The notes beneath the pieces are model-generated. The model did not search any database. It worked only from the letters and a program-made list of their open reading frames with translations, and was not told the DNA's origin. Made by a program: the position numbers and the translations under genes. 64,000 nucleotides of DNA from Hydrurus foetidus (Eukaryota), in the NCBI GenBank assembly GCA_900617105.1, contig UYFQ01000001.1, positions 248,001 to 312,000 on the forward strand, read 5' to 3'. Each line of letters opens with the position of its first letter. The stretch's first letter is position 1. This document shows positions 50,346 to 59,978 of this stretch, in pieces.

Positions 50346-51641
50346 TTATCTGCGACCGGGGCGGTACAGCAGACCCTCAGTGTCGATCTCAGGCTGCTTG
50401 CCCGTCACCAAGTCGGCCACCACTTTGCCCGAGCCCGCGCACAACGTCCAGCCCACATGGCCGTGGCCGGTGTTGAGGTAGAGGTTGTCGAACTTGGCCT
50501 GCCCCAACATCGGCACCGAGCTGGGGGTCATGGGGCGCAGACCAGCCCAGTAGATGATGGGGTCTGTGGCGGATTGTTGGGCGTGGCGTAAGGCGCTGAT
50601 TTCTGGGAACAGTGCCTGCCCGGCTTGAATCATCCGGCTGAAGTCTTGGGGCTGGTGCGAGCGGTCAAAGCCTGTGAATTCGGCACTGGCGGCGAGGCGC
50701 AGGCGGTTGCCCAAACGGGAATAGGCGACCAGCCGGTCATCGTCCACCCCACCCATCGTTGGGCCGCCTTCGCCCTCGGCAATCGGGATGGTCATCGAAT
50801 AGCCCTTGACCGGGTAGACGGACAAGTACAACCCAGCGGTAGCGGCCAGCAAGGCGCTGTCGCTGCCCGCAGCCAGCACATAGGCATCGGCTTGCACCAG
50901 CCCGGCGCTGGTCTGCACGCCGGTAATGCGGCTGCCGTCAGTCTGCAAGGCTTGCATCGTTGTGTTCATGCGCACCTGCAAGCCCTGGTGTTCCACGCAC
51001 CATTGCAGCAAGCCCGCGCCGAACTGGTGCGAATCGCCGGTTTGGTCGGTTTGCACATGGATGCCGCCTGCCAATTCGTGTTTGACACCGGCCAAACCCG
51101 GTTCCACCGCAGCCAGTTCGTCGCGGTTCAGTACGCGGGTAGTCAAACCCTGCGCCGCCAAAAACGCCATGTGCTGCACCCCAGCCTCCAGGCTTTGGGC
51201 TGAGCGAAAGAAGTAGACGATGCCGCTGCGCCGCTCGTCATAGCGCACCCCGGTGGCCGCGCTGATGGCGTTGATTTGCTCGCGGGCATAGAAGGCCAGC
51301 CGCAGCTTGCGCCGCGTATTTGCCTGCGCTTTGGCCGTGGTGCATTGCGTCAGAAATTGCAGTGACCAGGCCCAAAAGCGCCAATCCAAAGCCACCCGTG
51401 AAGGCCGAATTTTGATGCCCATGTCAGGGCGGTAGAGCGACTGTACAAAGTTTTTCAGCGCCCCAGGACTGGCCCAAGCCGTGGCATCGCCGGGGCTGAC
51501 CAAGCCCGCATTGCCCCAGCTGGTCTCGTTCGCGGCTTTAGGCTGGCGGTCAATCAGCGTGACTTGGCACCCGGCTTGGCCCAAGTAATAGGCGGTGGCT
51601 ACCCCCACCACACCGCCACCGAGAATGACTACTTTTTTCAT
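50346..51641 (-). CDS. D-amino acid dehydrogenase (DadA-like flavoprotein)
   Basis: ILGGGVVGVATAYYL, ETSWGNAG, YPVKGYSMT, WAGLRPMTP and NTGHGHVGWT. Confidence 0.92.
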   Translation of the reverse strand: MKKVVILGGGVVGVATAYYLGQAGCQVTLIDRQPKAANETSWGNAGLVSPGDATAWASPGALKNFVQSLYRPDMGIKIRPSRVALDWRFWAWSLQFLTQCTTAKAQANTRRKLRLAFYAREQINAISAATGVRYDERRSGIVYFFRSAQSLEAGVQHMAFLAAQGLTTRVLNRDELAAVEPGLAGVKHELAGGIHVQTDQTGDSHQFGAGLLQWCVEHQGLQVRMNTTMQALQTDGSRITGVQTSAGLVQADAYVLAAGSDSALLAATAGLYLSVYPVKGYSMTIPIAEGEGGPTMGGVDDDRLVAYSRLGNRLRLAASAEFTGFDRSHQPQDFSRMIQAGQALFPEISALRHAQQSATDPIIYWAGLRPMTPSSVPMLGQAKFDNLYLNTGHGHVGWTLCAGSGKVVADLVTGKQPEIDTEGLLYRPGRR

Positions 51642-51657
51642 AGCTGCCTACGCCCGT

Positions 51658-53109
51658 CTATAAAGCGGTAGAGATGTTTTTGATGCCATAAAAGGCAGAC
51701 AAACCCCACGGTCCCAGCTCGCGCCCAATCCCACTCTGCTTGAAGCCGCCCCAGGCGGTGTGCGGGTAGATGATTTGGGGCGAGTTGATCCACACATGAC
51801 CGGCAGTCATGGCCTCGGCGACGCGCTGGCCGCGTGTTTTGTCCGCAGTCACTACCGTGGCGACCAGCCCGTAGTGCGAATCGTTGGCCAGCGCGATGGC
51901 CTCGTCTTCGGTCGCGAAGGTGCGCACGGCCAGCACGGGGCCAAAAATCTCGTCGCGCCACACGGGGTGGGTTGTGGGCACGTCGCGGTAAATCGTCGGT
52001 TGGACGAAGTGGCCTGGGCCATCCAGAACCTCGCCCCCGGTCAAGCAATGCAGGCCATCCGACTTGGCAAGGGCCAGCACGGCACGTACCCGGTCGAACT
52101 GCGCACGCGGGGTGATCGGCCCCATTTGCGCGGCCTCATTGCTGGGGGCGGCAACGCACAGGGCTTGGGTTTTTTCCACCAAACGGTGCAGCAGCTTGTC
52201 GGCGATGGCCTCGTCCAGCACCAAGCGCGAGGTGGCGGAACACATTTGTCCGGCGTTGTAAAAAATACCCGCCATGATGCAGTCCACAGCTTGCTCAGGG
52301 TCTGCATCGGCGAACACCACGATGGCCGATTTGCCACCCAGCTCCAGCGACACCGGCGTGCAGCGTGCAGCGGCAGCGGCCATCACCCGTGAGCCTACGC
52401 CGTTGCTGCCGGTGAACGAGAGTTTGGCGAACAGCGGGTTGGCCGTCAGTGCCATGCCGACTTCGGCGGCACCGGTCAAGATGTTCAGCACGCCGGGTGG
52501 CAGGCCGATCTCATGGGCGATGTCGGCGTAGACCAGCTCCATCAGCGGCGTGAACTCCGAGGTCTTCAGCACCACGGTGCAGCCTGCGGCCAGCGCGGGG
52601 GCGATCTTCCAGGCGCTGGTGACGAGGGGGAAGTTCCACGGCACGATCATGCCCACCGGGCCTACCGGCTCGAAACGGGTTTGGGCCGTGAGGGGCGCGT
52701 CAGCGGGCAGGGCGACAGGGCTGTTTTGACGCTTCCCCAAATCCAGCGCGGCCTGGGCGTAGTAGCGGAAGGTAACGACGGCATCGGCCACGTCGATCTC
52801 GGCCTCAAAGCGGGGCTTGCCGCTGCACAGCATTTGCAGCTCAACCAAGGCAGCTTGGCGCATTTCCAAACCGTCAGCAAACTTCTCTAAAACCATAGCA
52901 CGCTGTGCAGATGGGGTAAGCGACCAAGGCTTGAATGCTTGGTGAGCTGCCTGCGCTGCGGCCTGCACGTCATGCGCTTGGGCGCTGTGCAATTCGGCGA
53001 TCACTTGCCCGTTGCAGGGGTTGATGGCCTGCACGGCTTCGCCCTGGCACGTCTGCCATGCGCCGTTGATGTAGAGGCTGTGATGGCGGTTCAACAACGG
53101 GTTCACCAT
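51658..53109 (-). CDS. NAD-dependent aldehyde dehydrogenase (aminoaldehyde/betaine-aldehyde type)
   Basis: PWNFP, FTGS, LELGGKS, GQMCSATSR, EIFGPV and WGGFKQSGIGRELG. Confidence 0.92.
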   Translation of the reverse strand: MVNPLLNRHHSLYINGAWQTCQGEAVQAINPCNGQVIAELHSAQAHDVQAAAQAAHQAFKPWSLTPSAQRAMVLEKFADGLEMRQAALVELQMLCSGKPRFEAEIDVADAVVTFRYYAQAALDLGKRQNSPVALPADAPLTAQTRFEPVGPVGMIVPWNFPLVTSAWKIAPALAAGCTVVLKTSEFTPLMELVYADIAHEIGLPPGVLNILTGAAEVGMALTANPLFAKLSFTGSNGVGSRVMAAAAARCTPVSLELGGKSAIVVFADADPEQAVDCIMAGIFYNAGQMCSATSRLVLDEAIADKLLHRLVEKTQALCVAAPSNEAAQMGPITPRAQFDRVRAVLALAKSDGLHCLTGGEVLDGPGHFVQPTIYRDVPTTHPVWRDEIFGPVLAVRTFATEDEAIALANDSHYGLVATVVTADKTRGQRVAEAMTAGHVWINSPQIIYPHTAWGGFKQSGIGRELGPWGLSAFYGIKNISTAL

Positions 53110-54701
53110 GTCATCGCCTGCGCTTCTTTGATCTCAATGACGGTGGGGCCATCGGCGTTGTGCGCCACGCGCAGCACGGCTTGCAGATCGGCCAAGCTGC
53201 TGGGGCTGGCAGTGCGGCAACCAAAGCCTTTGGCGATGGTGATGAAGTCGGGGGTGTAGATGTCCACGCCGATGGTGGGAATCTCGCGGGCCAGCATGTA
53301 TTTTTTGATTTCGCCGTAGCCATAGTTGTTCCACAGCACGATGGCGACAGGCAGCTTCAGCTCCACAGCCGTCGCCAATTCGGCAATCGTGAACTGGATG
53401 CCACCGTCGCCAATGATCGCCATCACCGGGCTGTCTGGCATGGCGAGCTTGGCACCGAGGGCCGTGGGCAGCGCATAGCCCAGCGTGCCGTAGCCGGTGG
53501 AGGCGTTGAACCAGCAGCGGGCCTGCGGTGTGGCATCGACCAAGTTACCGCTGTAGACCAGCTGCGTAGAGTCGCCTGCGATTACCGCGTCGGGCAGGGC
53601 TTCGCGCATGGCTTGCAGGATGCGGGCGTGCTGCTGGGTGGGCTTATCTAGGCATGAAAACCCTGCTTCTTGCAGATTAGATATGCGGGAGTAGCTATTA
53701 TTTTTAAAGCCGATGGCGTGCAATGCCTCCGCCAAAACCCGCATCGCCAAACCGGCGTCACTGACGATGCCGATGTCTGCGGGGTGGTTGCGCAGCAGTT
53801 GCTCGGGGTCAATGTCCACGCGCACCAGGGTGCCGTTGAGGGTGAGTTCACCGTCAAACAGCAGGGTGTCGGTTTCGCCCAATTCGGTGCCGATGGCGAG
53901 CACCACATCGGCCTCGGCCAATTCCGTCAGCACGGGGGCCAAGGGCAGGGTGGAGCCAATCAGCAGCGGATGGGTGGGGGCCAGCACGCCTTTGGCGTTG
54001 ATGGTCAGCACGACCGGCGCACCCAGCGCATCGACGAGCGCGTTAGCCGCTGCGGGCGAGCGCACGGTGCCGCCACCCAGCACCACCAGCGGGCGCTTGG
54101 CCTGGGTCAGCGCGGCCACGGCTTGCGCGATGGCTTGTGGGTCTGGGCCGGGGCGGGCGCTCAGAAGCTTGATCTGGCGCGGCAGGCTGTCGGCGTTGGC
54201 TCGGATCACGTCCAGCGGGATTTCAATGTGGACGGGCCGGGGCCGGGCACTGTTGAACACGGCAAAGGCGCGGGCCAGCACTTGCGGCAGCTCGCGTGGG
54301 TCGAGCAGGGTGTGGCTGAAGGCGGTGAAGTTGCTCATCAGGTTGCGCTGTGAGGGCAGTTCGTGCAAACGGCCTTCGCCCAAACCCAGCTCGCGCTTGT
54401 TGTTCACACTGGAGATGATGAGCATGGGGATGGAATCGGCATACGCCTGCCCCAGAGCGGTAGCGATGTTGGTCAAGCCCGGCCCGGTGATGATGAAGCA
54501 AGCGGCAACCCGGCCCGACGCGCGGTAAAACCCATCGGCCATAAAACCCGCGCCCTGCTCGTGGCGGGGGGTGATGTGGCGGATTTGGGTGCGCTCCAGC
54601 CCCCGGTACAGCTCCACGGTGTGGACACCGGGGATGCCGAACACGGTGTCGATACCGGCACTTTCTAACAATTCAACGAGAACTTCGCCGCAGGTTGCCA
54701 T
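53103..54701 (-). CDS. aruI: ThDP-dependent 5-guanidino-2-oxopentanoate (2-ketoarginine) decarboxylase-like protein
   Basis: MATCGEVLV..FGIPGVHTVELYRGL..RHEQGAGFMADG, GDSTQ, STGYGTLGY and GDGG ThDP motif; adjacent to a guanidinobutyrase-like gene. Confidence 0.82.
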   Translation of the reverse strand: MATCGEVLVELLESAGIDTVFGIPGVHTVELYRGLERTQIRHITPRHEQGAGFMADGFYRASGRVAACFIITGPGLTNIATALGQAYADSIPMLIISSVNNKRELGLGEGRLHELPSQRNLMSNFTAFSHTLLDPRELPQVLARAFAVFNSARPRPVHIEIPLDVIRANADSLPRQIKLLSARPGPDPQAIAQAVAALTQAKRPLVVLGGGTVRSPAAANALVDALGAPVVLTINAKGVLAPTHPLLIGSTLPLAPVLTELAEADVVLAIGTELGETDTLLFDGELTLNGTLVRVDIDPEQLLRNHPADIGIVSDAGLAMRVLAEALHAIGFKNNSYSRISNLQEAGFSCLDKPTQQHARILQAMREALPDAVIAGDSTQLVYSGNLVDATPQARCWFNASTGYGTLGYALPTALGAKLAMPDSPVMAIIGDGGIQFTIAELATAVELKLPVAIVLWNNYGYGEIKKYMLAREIPTIGVDIYTPDFITIAKGFGCRTASPSSLADLQAVLRVAHNADGPTVIEIKEAQAMTW

Positions 54702-54718
54702 GATTTTCCTTTTGTTTT

Positions 54719-55696
54719 TCAGGCGCGGTACTGCACACCCGGCAGCACGCACAGCATCTCAAACAGCAAATTCGCCCCCACCAACGAGGTGTTGCCCGAG
54801 CGGTCATACGGTGGCGACACCTCGACCAAATCCCCACCCACCACCTGCAAGCCTTTGCAGCCGCGTATCACTTCCATGCCTTGCGTGACGGTCAAGCCGC
54901 CAATCTCGGGTGTGCCGGTGCCTGGTGCGTAGGCCGGGTCTAGCCCGTCAATGTCAAAGCTGATGTAGACCGGGCCATCGCCCAGCTGGGTGCGTATCTC
55001 GGCCATCAGGGGCGTGAGGGATTTGTACCAACATTCCTCAGCAGGCACCACGCGCACACCCTGCGAGGCGGGCCAGTCGAAGTCTTCGGCGGTGTAGCCG
55101 GTGCCGCGCAGGCCGATTTGCGCCATGCGGCGGCCGTCGATCAAGCCCTCTTCCAGTGCCCGGCGGAACGGCGTGCCGTGGGCGATTTTTTCGCCAAACA
55201 TGGTGTCGTTCACATCGGCGTGGGCATCCACATGGACGACACCCAGCTTGCCGTGCTTCTTGAACAGCGCACGCAAAATCGGCAGCACGATGGTGTGGTC
55301 GCCGCCCATCGTCAACGGTGCGCAGCCGTGGGCCATGATGCCGTCGTAAAACGTCTCGATGATGCCCATGCTGGCTTGGAGATTGAAGGTGTTGATGGCC
55401 ACGTCACCAATGTCCGCCACTTGCAGCGAATCGAACGGCGCGGCGCGGGTCGCCATGTTGTAGGGGCGCAGCAGGCTGGATTCGGCGCGGATCTCACGTG
55501 GGCCAAAGCGGGCACCGGCGCGGTTAGAGGCACCAATGTCGAACGGCACGCCGACAAAGCAAGCATCCAGACCGGCGGCGGTGGTTTGCGTGGGCAAACG
55601 CATCATGCTGGCAAAGCCGCCAAAGCGGGGCATGGCGTTGCCACCCAGAGGTTGGTTGAAAGGGTTGGATGAGGCGGTGGCGGGCGTGTTGGACAT
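54719..55696 (-). CDS. Ureohydrolase, guanidinobutyrase/agmatinase type
   Basis: QPLGGNAMPRFGG N-terminus; intact GGDH, DAHAD, HGTPF, SFDIDGLDP and EVSPPYD. Confidence 0.9.
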   Translation of the reverse strand: MSNTPATASSNPFNQPLGGNAMPRFGGFASMMRLPTQTTAAGLDACFVGVPFDIGASNRAGARFGPREIRAESSLLRPYNMATRAAPFDSLQVADIGDVAINTFNLQASMGIIETFYDGIMAHGCAPLTMGGDHTIVLPILRALFKKHGKLGVVHVDAHADVNDTMFGEKIAHGTPFRRALEEGLIDGRRMAQIGLRGTGYTAEDFDWPASQGVRVVPAEECWYKSLTPLMAEIRTQLGDGPVYISFDIDGLDPAYAPGTGTPEIGGLTVTQGMEVIRGCKGLQVVGGDLVEVSPPYDRSGNTSLVGANLLFEMLCVLPGVQYRA

Positions 55697-55831
55697 GGTG
55701 TGCGTTTTCTTTGCGTTCGCTTTGGAATGCCGTGATTTTCAATGACGTAATATATAAAATCTAATCAAATTATTTTGAAAAATACATAGATTTTTTCGAT
55801 GTATTTTTCTTAAAACACATGGGTAAACCCT

Positions 55832-56788
55832 ATGAAAAACCCAGCGCTGAAGTACCTTCACAGTTTCTTGGCCATTGCCCAGCAGGGCAGTTACGCCAAG
55901 GCGGCTGAGCATTTGGCGCTGACGCAGCCCAGCCTGAGCTACCAAATCAAGCAGCTTGAAGAGTGGGTGGGTGTGCCACTGTTCGAGCGCCACGGTCGCC
56001 GGATGCTGCTGTCGCCCTCGGGTGAGCGGCTGCGCGACTGGTGCGCGCATTCTTTTGCTGAACTCGATGAACTGCGCCGTGCCTTGCGGCAAGATTTAGC
56101 CGAACCCGAGGTACTGCGTGTCATCAGCCACGTCAGCTTTGGCCGCCATGTGTTGACCCCCTTGCTGACCCGGTTGGCGGCGCAGGGTGTGCAAGGCGTA
56201 CGCATTGCCTTGCAAATGGGTTTGAGCGATGCCGCTTTTGATGCGGTAGAGCGTGGCACCACCGATATCGGCTTTGTCTACACCCACCGCAGTTCCAAGT
56301 TAATCGAGCACCATGCGGTGTTCCAAGAAGATTTGGTGCTGGTGTGCCACAGCCAGCGCTTGCAGCAGCACGCCGCGCCCACCAGTTTGCAGCAGTGCGC
56401 GGCACTTGATTGGATCAGCTATGACGAATCGAACGCGGTGTTCAGCCAGTGGTTCAAGGCCGTATTTGGCAAGCTGCCACAGACCACGGCCAGCGCCCAC
56501 CATGTCAGCGAAATTGAAGAGGCGGTGGCCTTTGTGCGTGCGGGTTTAGGCTGGACGATTGTGCCGCTGCACAGCGTGGAGCAGGCCGTGCGCGAGGGCG
56601 ATTTGACGGTGGTGCGCCCACGAGCTAGGCGCTGTGAGAACACGGTGTATGCGATTCGCCGGGTGGGCGCTTATGCCAGCCGCGCAGAACTCGCGGTGCT
56701 GGCAGGGCTGAATGCGATGAAGGGGCCGAATGCTGTGAATGCGGTCAATGCGCTGGGCGTGTCGGCTGGAACTGCACCAGCACGATAG
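55832..56788 (+). CDS. LysR family regulator divergent from the arginine-catabolic cluster
   Basis: GSYAKAAEHLALTQPSLSYQIKQLE...LFER; AT-rich intergenic region 55740-55830. Confidence 0.92.
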   Translation: MKNPALKYLHSFLAIAQQGSYAKAAEHLALTQPSLSYQIKQLEEWVGVPLFERHGRRMLLSPSGERLRDWCAHSFAELDELRRALRQDLAEPEVLRVISHVSFGRHVLTPLLTRLAAQGVQGVRIALQMGLSDAAFDAVERGTTDIGFVYTHRSSKLIEHHAVFQEDLVLVCHSQRLQQHAAPTSLQQCAALDWISYDESNAVFSQWFKAVFGKLPQTTASAHHVSEIEEAVAFVRAGLGWTIVPLHSVEQAVREGDLTVVRPRARRCENTVYAIRRVGAYASRAELAVLAGLNAMKGPNAVNAVNALGVSAGTAPAR

Positions 56789-57671
56789 AGGTCAATATCA
56801 AGCCACAACCCACCAACCCCAGCGTACTCAGGCGGTCGCCCATGAAGACCGCGCCAAACAGCGCAGCAAACAGCGTTTCGCTGGACAAAATGATAGCTGC
56901 ATGTGCAGAGTGGGCATGCCGTTGACCCACAACTTGCAGGGTATACGCAATGCCCACCGAGATGAAGCCGGTGTAGGCGATGCTGGGGGCTGCTTTGATC
57001 AATCCTGCGATCACCCAAGGCTCGGTGAAGACAGCCACCGTCAAGCTGGCGATGGCGCACACCGCGAACTGGACAAACGACAGCACAAACGGCCCACCCG
57101 CTTGGTTCGCCACGCGACCCACGAACAACAAATGCAAGGCCCAAAAAATGCTGCTGGTGATGACCCACCAGTCGCCCGAAGAAATGCTCAGCGTACCGCC
57201 ACCGGCCAAAAGCCAGCTGCCCACCAAACAGGCCGCAGCACAGGGCCACACCATCCAGTGCGGGCGATGGCGGTAAATCAACCATCCTAAAAAGGGGGTC
57301 AATGGTACGTAGAGGGCGGTCAGTACCCCGGCGTTGGTGACGCTGGTGGAAGCCAAGCCGATTTGCTGCATCACCACGCCTAAAAAGATCAACAGCCCCA
57401 AACCGACGATGGGCCACAGGTGGTGTTTGGCGTGGGCTGCATCTTTTGCGCCCTCTGCGCCTTGTGCATTTGCCCCCTGCTGGGTTGCTTGTCGCCATTC
57501 ACGCCAAGCCAAGGGGGCCACCACCAGGGCGCCCAAGAAAAAGCGCAAACCGGTGAATAAGAACGGGGCGACATCCACTGCGCCCCAGGCTTGGGGCACA
57601 AAGGCGGAGCCCCAGATGATGGCGGCGATCAGCAGCAGGCCGTTGGCTTGCCAGGGTTTCAAAGCGTTCAC
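56745..57671 (-). CDS. DMT/EamA family transporter
   Basis: IWGSAFV, RF, two hydrophobic repeats and AAIILSSETLFAA. Confidence 0.88.
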   Translation of the reverse strand: MNALKPWQANGLLLIAAIIWGSAFVPQAWGAVDVAPFLFTGLRFFLGALVVAPLAWREWRQATQQGANAQGAEGAKDAAHAKHHLWPIVGLGLLIFLGVVMQQIGLASTSVTNAGVLTALYVPLTPFLGWLIYRHRPHWMVWPCAAACLVGSWLLAGGGTLSISSGDWWVITSSIFWALHLLFVGRVANQAGGPFVLSFVQFAVCAIASLTVAVFTEPWVIAGLIKAAPSIAYTGFISVGIAYTLQVVGQRHAHSAHAAIILSSETLFAALFGAVFMGDRLSTLGLVGCGLILTSIVLVQFQPTRPAH

Positions 57672-58471
57672 AGGCTCACCGTTTCGGTGTCGGATGGTGG
57701 GGGCGCGTCAGGCGCTACAAAGCTATCGGCAAACGTGAAGTAAATCGACGTGAAAAACATCGCAATGATGACCATCGCCACAGGCAGCAGCATGGCCGAC
57801 AGCAGCTCGGCGTTGCCCGATATCGCTGCGATGGTGGTCAATACGATGCCCGCGAGCATGAACACGCCCATCCACACCAAGCTGTACACGGTGTAAGCAC
57901 CCATGTTGCGCACGCAAGCTACGCCGCTGAAAAACAGACTTTTGACGGGCGACACGCCATGCCAATGCACCAGCCCAGGTGCGTGCCAAAATGCCATCGA
58001 TAGCGGCAGATACAGCGCCATCGCCACCCACATGGCCGTGAGGAAGTCGCCCGAATTCATCATCTCTTCGGTGATCTTGCCGCCCACCAAATAGAGCATG
58101 GCGAATTGCCCGCCGTCAAACAGGGCTGACACGGCCATTAAACCCAAAAAACCGATGGCGTACATCGCACCCAAGGTCAGCATGGCACGCAGGCGTACAG
58201 ACCCAGCTCGGAACGCGCTGACCAGCACCAGCGGCATGGGGAACTTGCCTTGGCTGCTGTCTTTGGTTGCAGCCATCAGGCCCAGCGTGGCACCGGGCAG
58301 CAGCATCAAGGCCAGCGCACTGCCCACGTAGGGCAGCAGTGAGGCGATCGACATCACGGCCATGAACATGAAGAACAGGCCAATCAGGGCCAGCGGCTGT
58401 TTGATGAAGGTCCGTATGCCTTGCTTCACCCACAAAACGCCGTGACTGGCGGGGACGATATTGAGTTTCAA
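57668..58471 (-). CDS. BPSS1780-like inner membrane protein
   Basis: MKLNIVPA..G..WVKQG and FWHAP.LVHWHG; conserved position after thrB. Confidence 0.75.
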   Translation of the reverse strand: MKLNIVPASHGVLWVKQGIRTFIKQPLALIGLFFMFMAVMSIASLLPYVGSALALMLLPGATLGLMAATKDSSQGKFPMPLVLVSAFRAGSVRLRAMLTLGAMYAIGFLGLMAVSALFDGGQFAMLYLVGGKITEEMMNSGDFLTAMWVAMALYLPLSMAFWHAPGLVHWHGVSPVKSLFFSGVACVRNMGAYTVYSLVWMGVFMLAGIVLTTIAAISGNAELLSAMLLPVAMVIIAMFFTSIYFTFADSFVAPDAPPPSDTETVSL

Positions 58472-58482
58472 AAGAGATTCTT

Positions 58483-59460
58483 TCAGCGTGCCGGGGCAGG
58501 CAGCGTCACCGGGTGGTGTATCCGCTCCTTGAGCACCCGCTCAAAATGGGTGGGGTCGTGCGGTATCAGCATGGCGGCATCGCGGGGCAGGTGGAAATCC
58601 CACAGGCGCGAGACCCAAAACCGCAGCGCTGCGGCGCGGGCCATCGCGGGCAGCAGCAAGCGCTCGGCGGCATTCAGGGGGCAGACCTGCTGGTAAGCGG
58701 TTAAAAAGCTGTCGAGCCTAGGGGCATCGGTCTCACCGGTGGCCAAGTCCACGCACCAGTCGTTGAGGCAAACGGCCAAGTCGAACAGCCAAGTGTCGAT
58801 GCCCGCAAAGTAGAAATCAAAAAAACCGGTGAGCAAGGTGCCATCGAACATCACGTTGTCGCGGAACAAATCAGCGTGGATGGGGCCGCGCCGCAGGGCT
58901 GCGTACTCAGCGCTGGCGGCGATGTGGTTTTGGTAGGCCAGCTCTGACGACAGCAGCGCGGCTTGCGCAGGCGTGAGGTGCGGCATGACCACCGGTGCGG
59001 TCTCATTCCACCAGGGCAGTGCGCGCAAATTGTCTTGGTGTAGCGCGAAGTCTTCCCCCGCCAAATGCATGCGTGCCAGCATGTCACCTACCGCCGCGCA
59101 GTGGGCAGCTTGGGGCTGAAGTTGGCTTTTGCCGCTGAGTTTGTTGACCACGGCAGCAGGCTTGCCTGCCACGGTATGTACCAATTTGCCCAGACTGCGT
59201 GGGCGTGGGTCAGCTGCGGGGTCAGGCACGGGGATGCCGCGTTGGGCCAGATGCTTCATCAGTTGCAGATAAAACGGCAGTTGCTCAAAGCTCAGTCTCT
59301 CGAACAATGTGAGCACGTACTCGCCCTGGTCGGTGGTGGCAAAGTAGTTGGTGTTTTCAATGCCGCCTTGGATGCCTTTGAGGGTTTTCAAGGTGCCCAA
59401 TTGCAGGTTGCGCATCAGCGCGCTCGCATCGGAGCGCTTCACTTCGGTATAGACCGCCAT
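58483..59460 (-). CDS. thrB: Homoserine kinase, type II (APH-like)
   Basis: MAVYT, GIENTNYF, VLTLFE, IHADLFRDN, DFYFA and RFWVSRL. Confidence 0.93.
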   Translation of the reverse strand: MAVYTEVKRSDASALMRNLQLGTLKTLKGIQGGIENTNYFATTDQGEYVLTLFERLSFEQLPFYLQLMKHLAQRGIPVPDPAADPRPRSLGKLVHTVAGKPAAVVNKLSGKSQLQPQAAHCAAVGDMLARMHLAGEDFALHQDNLRALPWWNETAPVVMPHLTPAQAALLSSELAYQNHIAASAEYAALRRGPIHADLFRDNVMFDGTLLTGFFDFYFAGIDTWLFDLAVCLNDWCVDLATGETDAPRLDSFLTAYQQVCPLNAAERLLLPAMARAAALRFWVSRLWDFHLPRDAAMLIPHDPTHFERVLKERIHHPVTLPAPAR

Positions 59461-59473
59461 CGTTCAATTCGCC

Positions 59474-59845
59474 TTAAAAGCTTAAAAAGTTCCACACCCG
59501 TGGGCTGCCCACGCTTTCGGCACCAGGGCCAGTTGCCAAGGAACGGCGTGCCCCGTTGGTGGGCTGGAATTCGTAGGCAGGGGCATTGAGGAGCTTGGAT
59601 TTGGGTTGCACCGTCAGGCGCTGGGTCTCACCACCCACACGCACCTCGTCAATGCTGCTGCCCGTGTCTTCTTGGTGCAAGTGCTGCCAGCGCTGTTCGG
59701 AGGCGGTGTCGGGACTGTCATGGTTGACTGGGTTTTGGGCAAAGGCCTGAGGGCTGCCCCAACCAAGGGCCAAGGCCAGAGCCGTAGCAGCCAGCGAGCA
59801 GGCCGCTGAAGTCTGAAAGCGCAGTCGCTTGGTATCGTTTTTCAT
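59474..59845 (-). CDS. Small exported hypothetical protein (DUF2782-like)
   Basis: Signal peptide; EDTGSSIDEVRVGGETQRLTVQPK and RVWNFLSF. Confidence 0.65.
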   Translation of the reverse strand: MKNDTKRLRFQTSAACSLAATALALALGWGSPQAFAQNPVNHDSPDTASEQRWQHLHQEDTGSSIDEVRVGGETQRLTVQPKSKLLNAPAYEFQPTNGARRSLATGPGAESVGSPRVWNFLSF

Positions 59846-59978
59846 GCGTGAGATTGTAGGTGGGGCTGTACACAAGGACTTGCGCTGTGTTGTTATGTAA
59901 AGTTACAATGAGTTACAAAATAAATTGCGTTATTAAATAAAACTGCGATCAGTTCATGCAACTGACAACAGGCCACTG

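Noticed and set aside
56700..56788. 44-bp convergent overlap of the LysR and DMT genes with AATGC repeats
   Set aside because: Probably a drifted C-terminal extension of the LysR; no functional signal.
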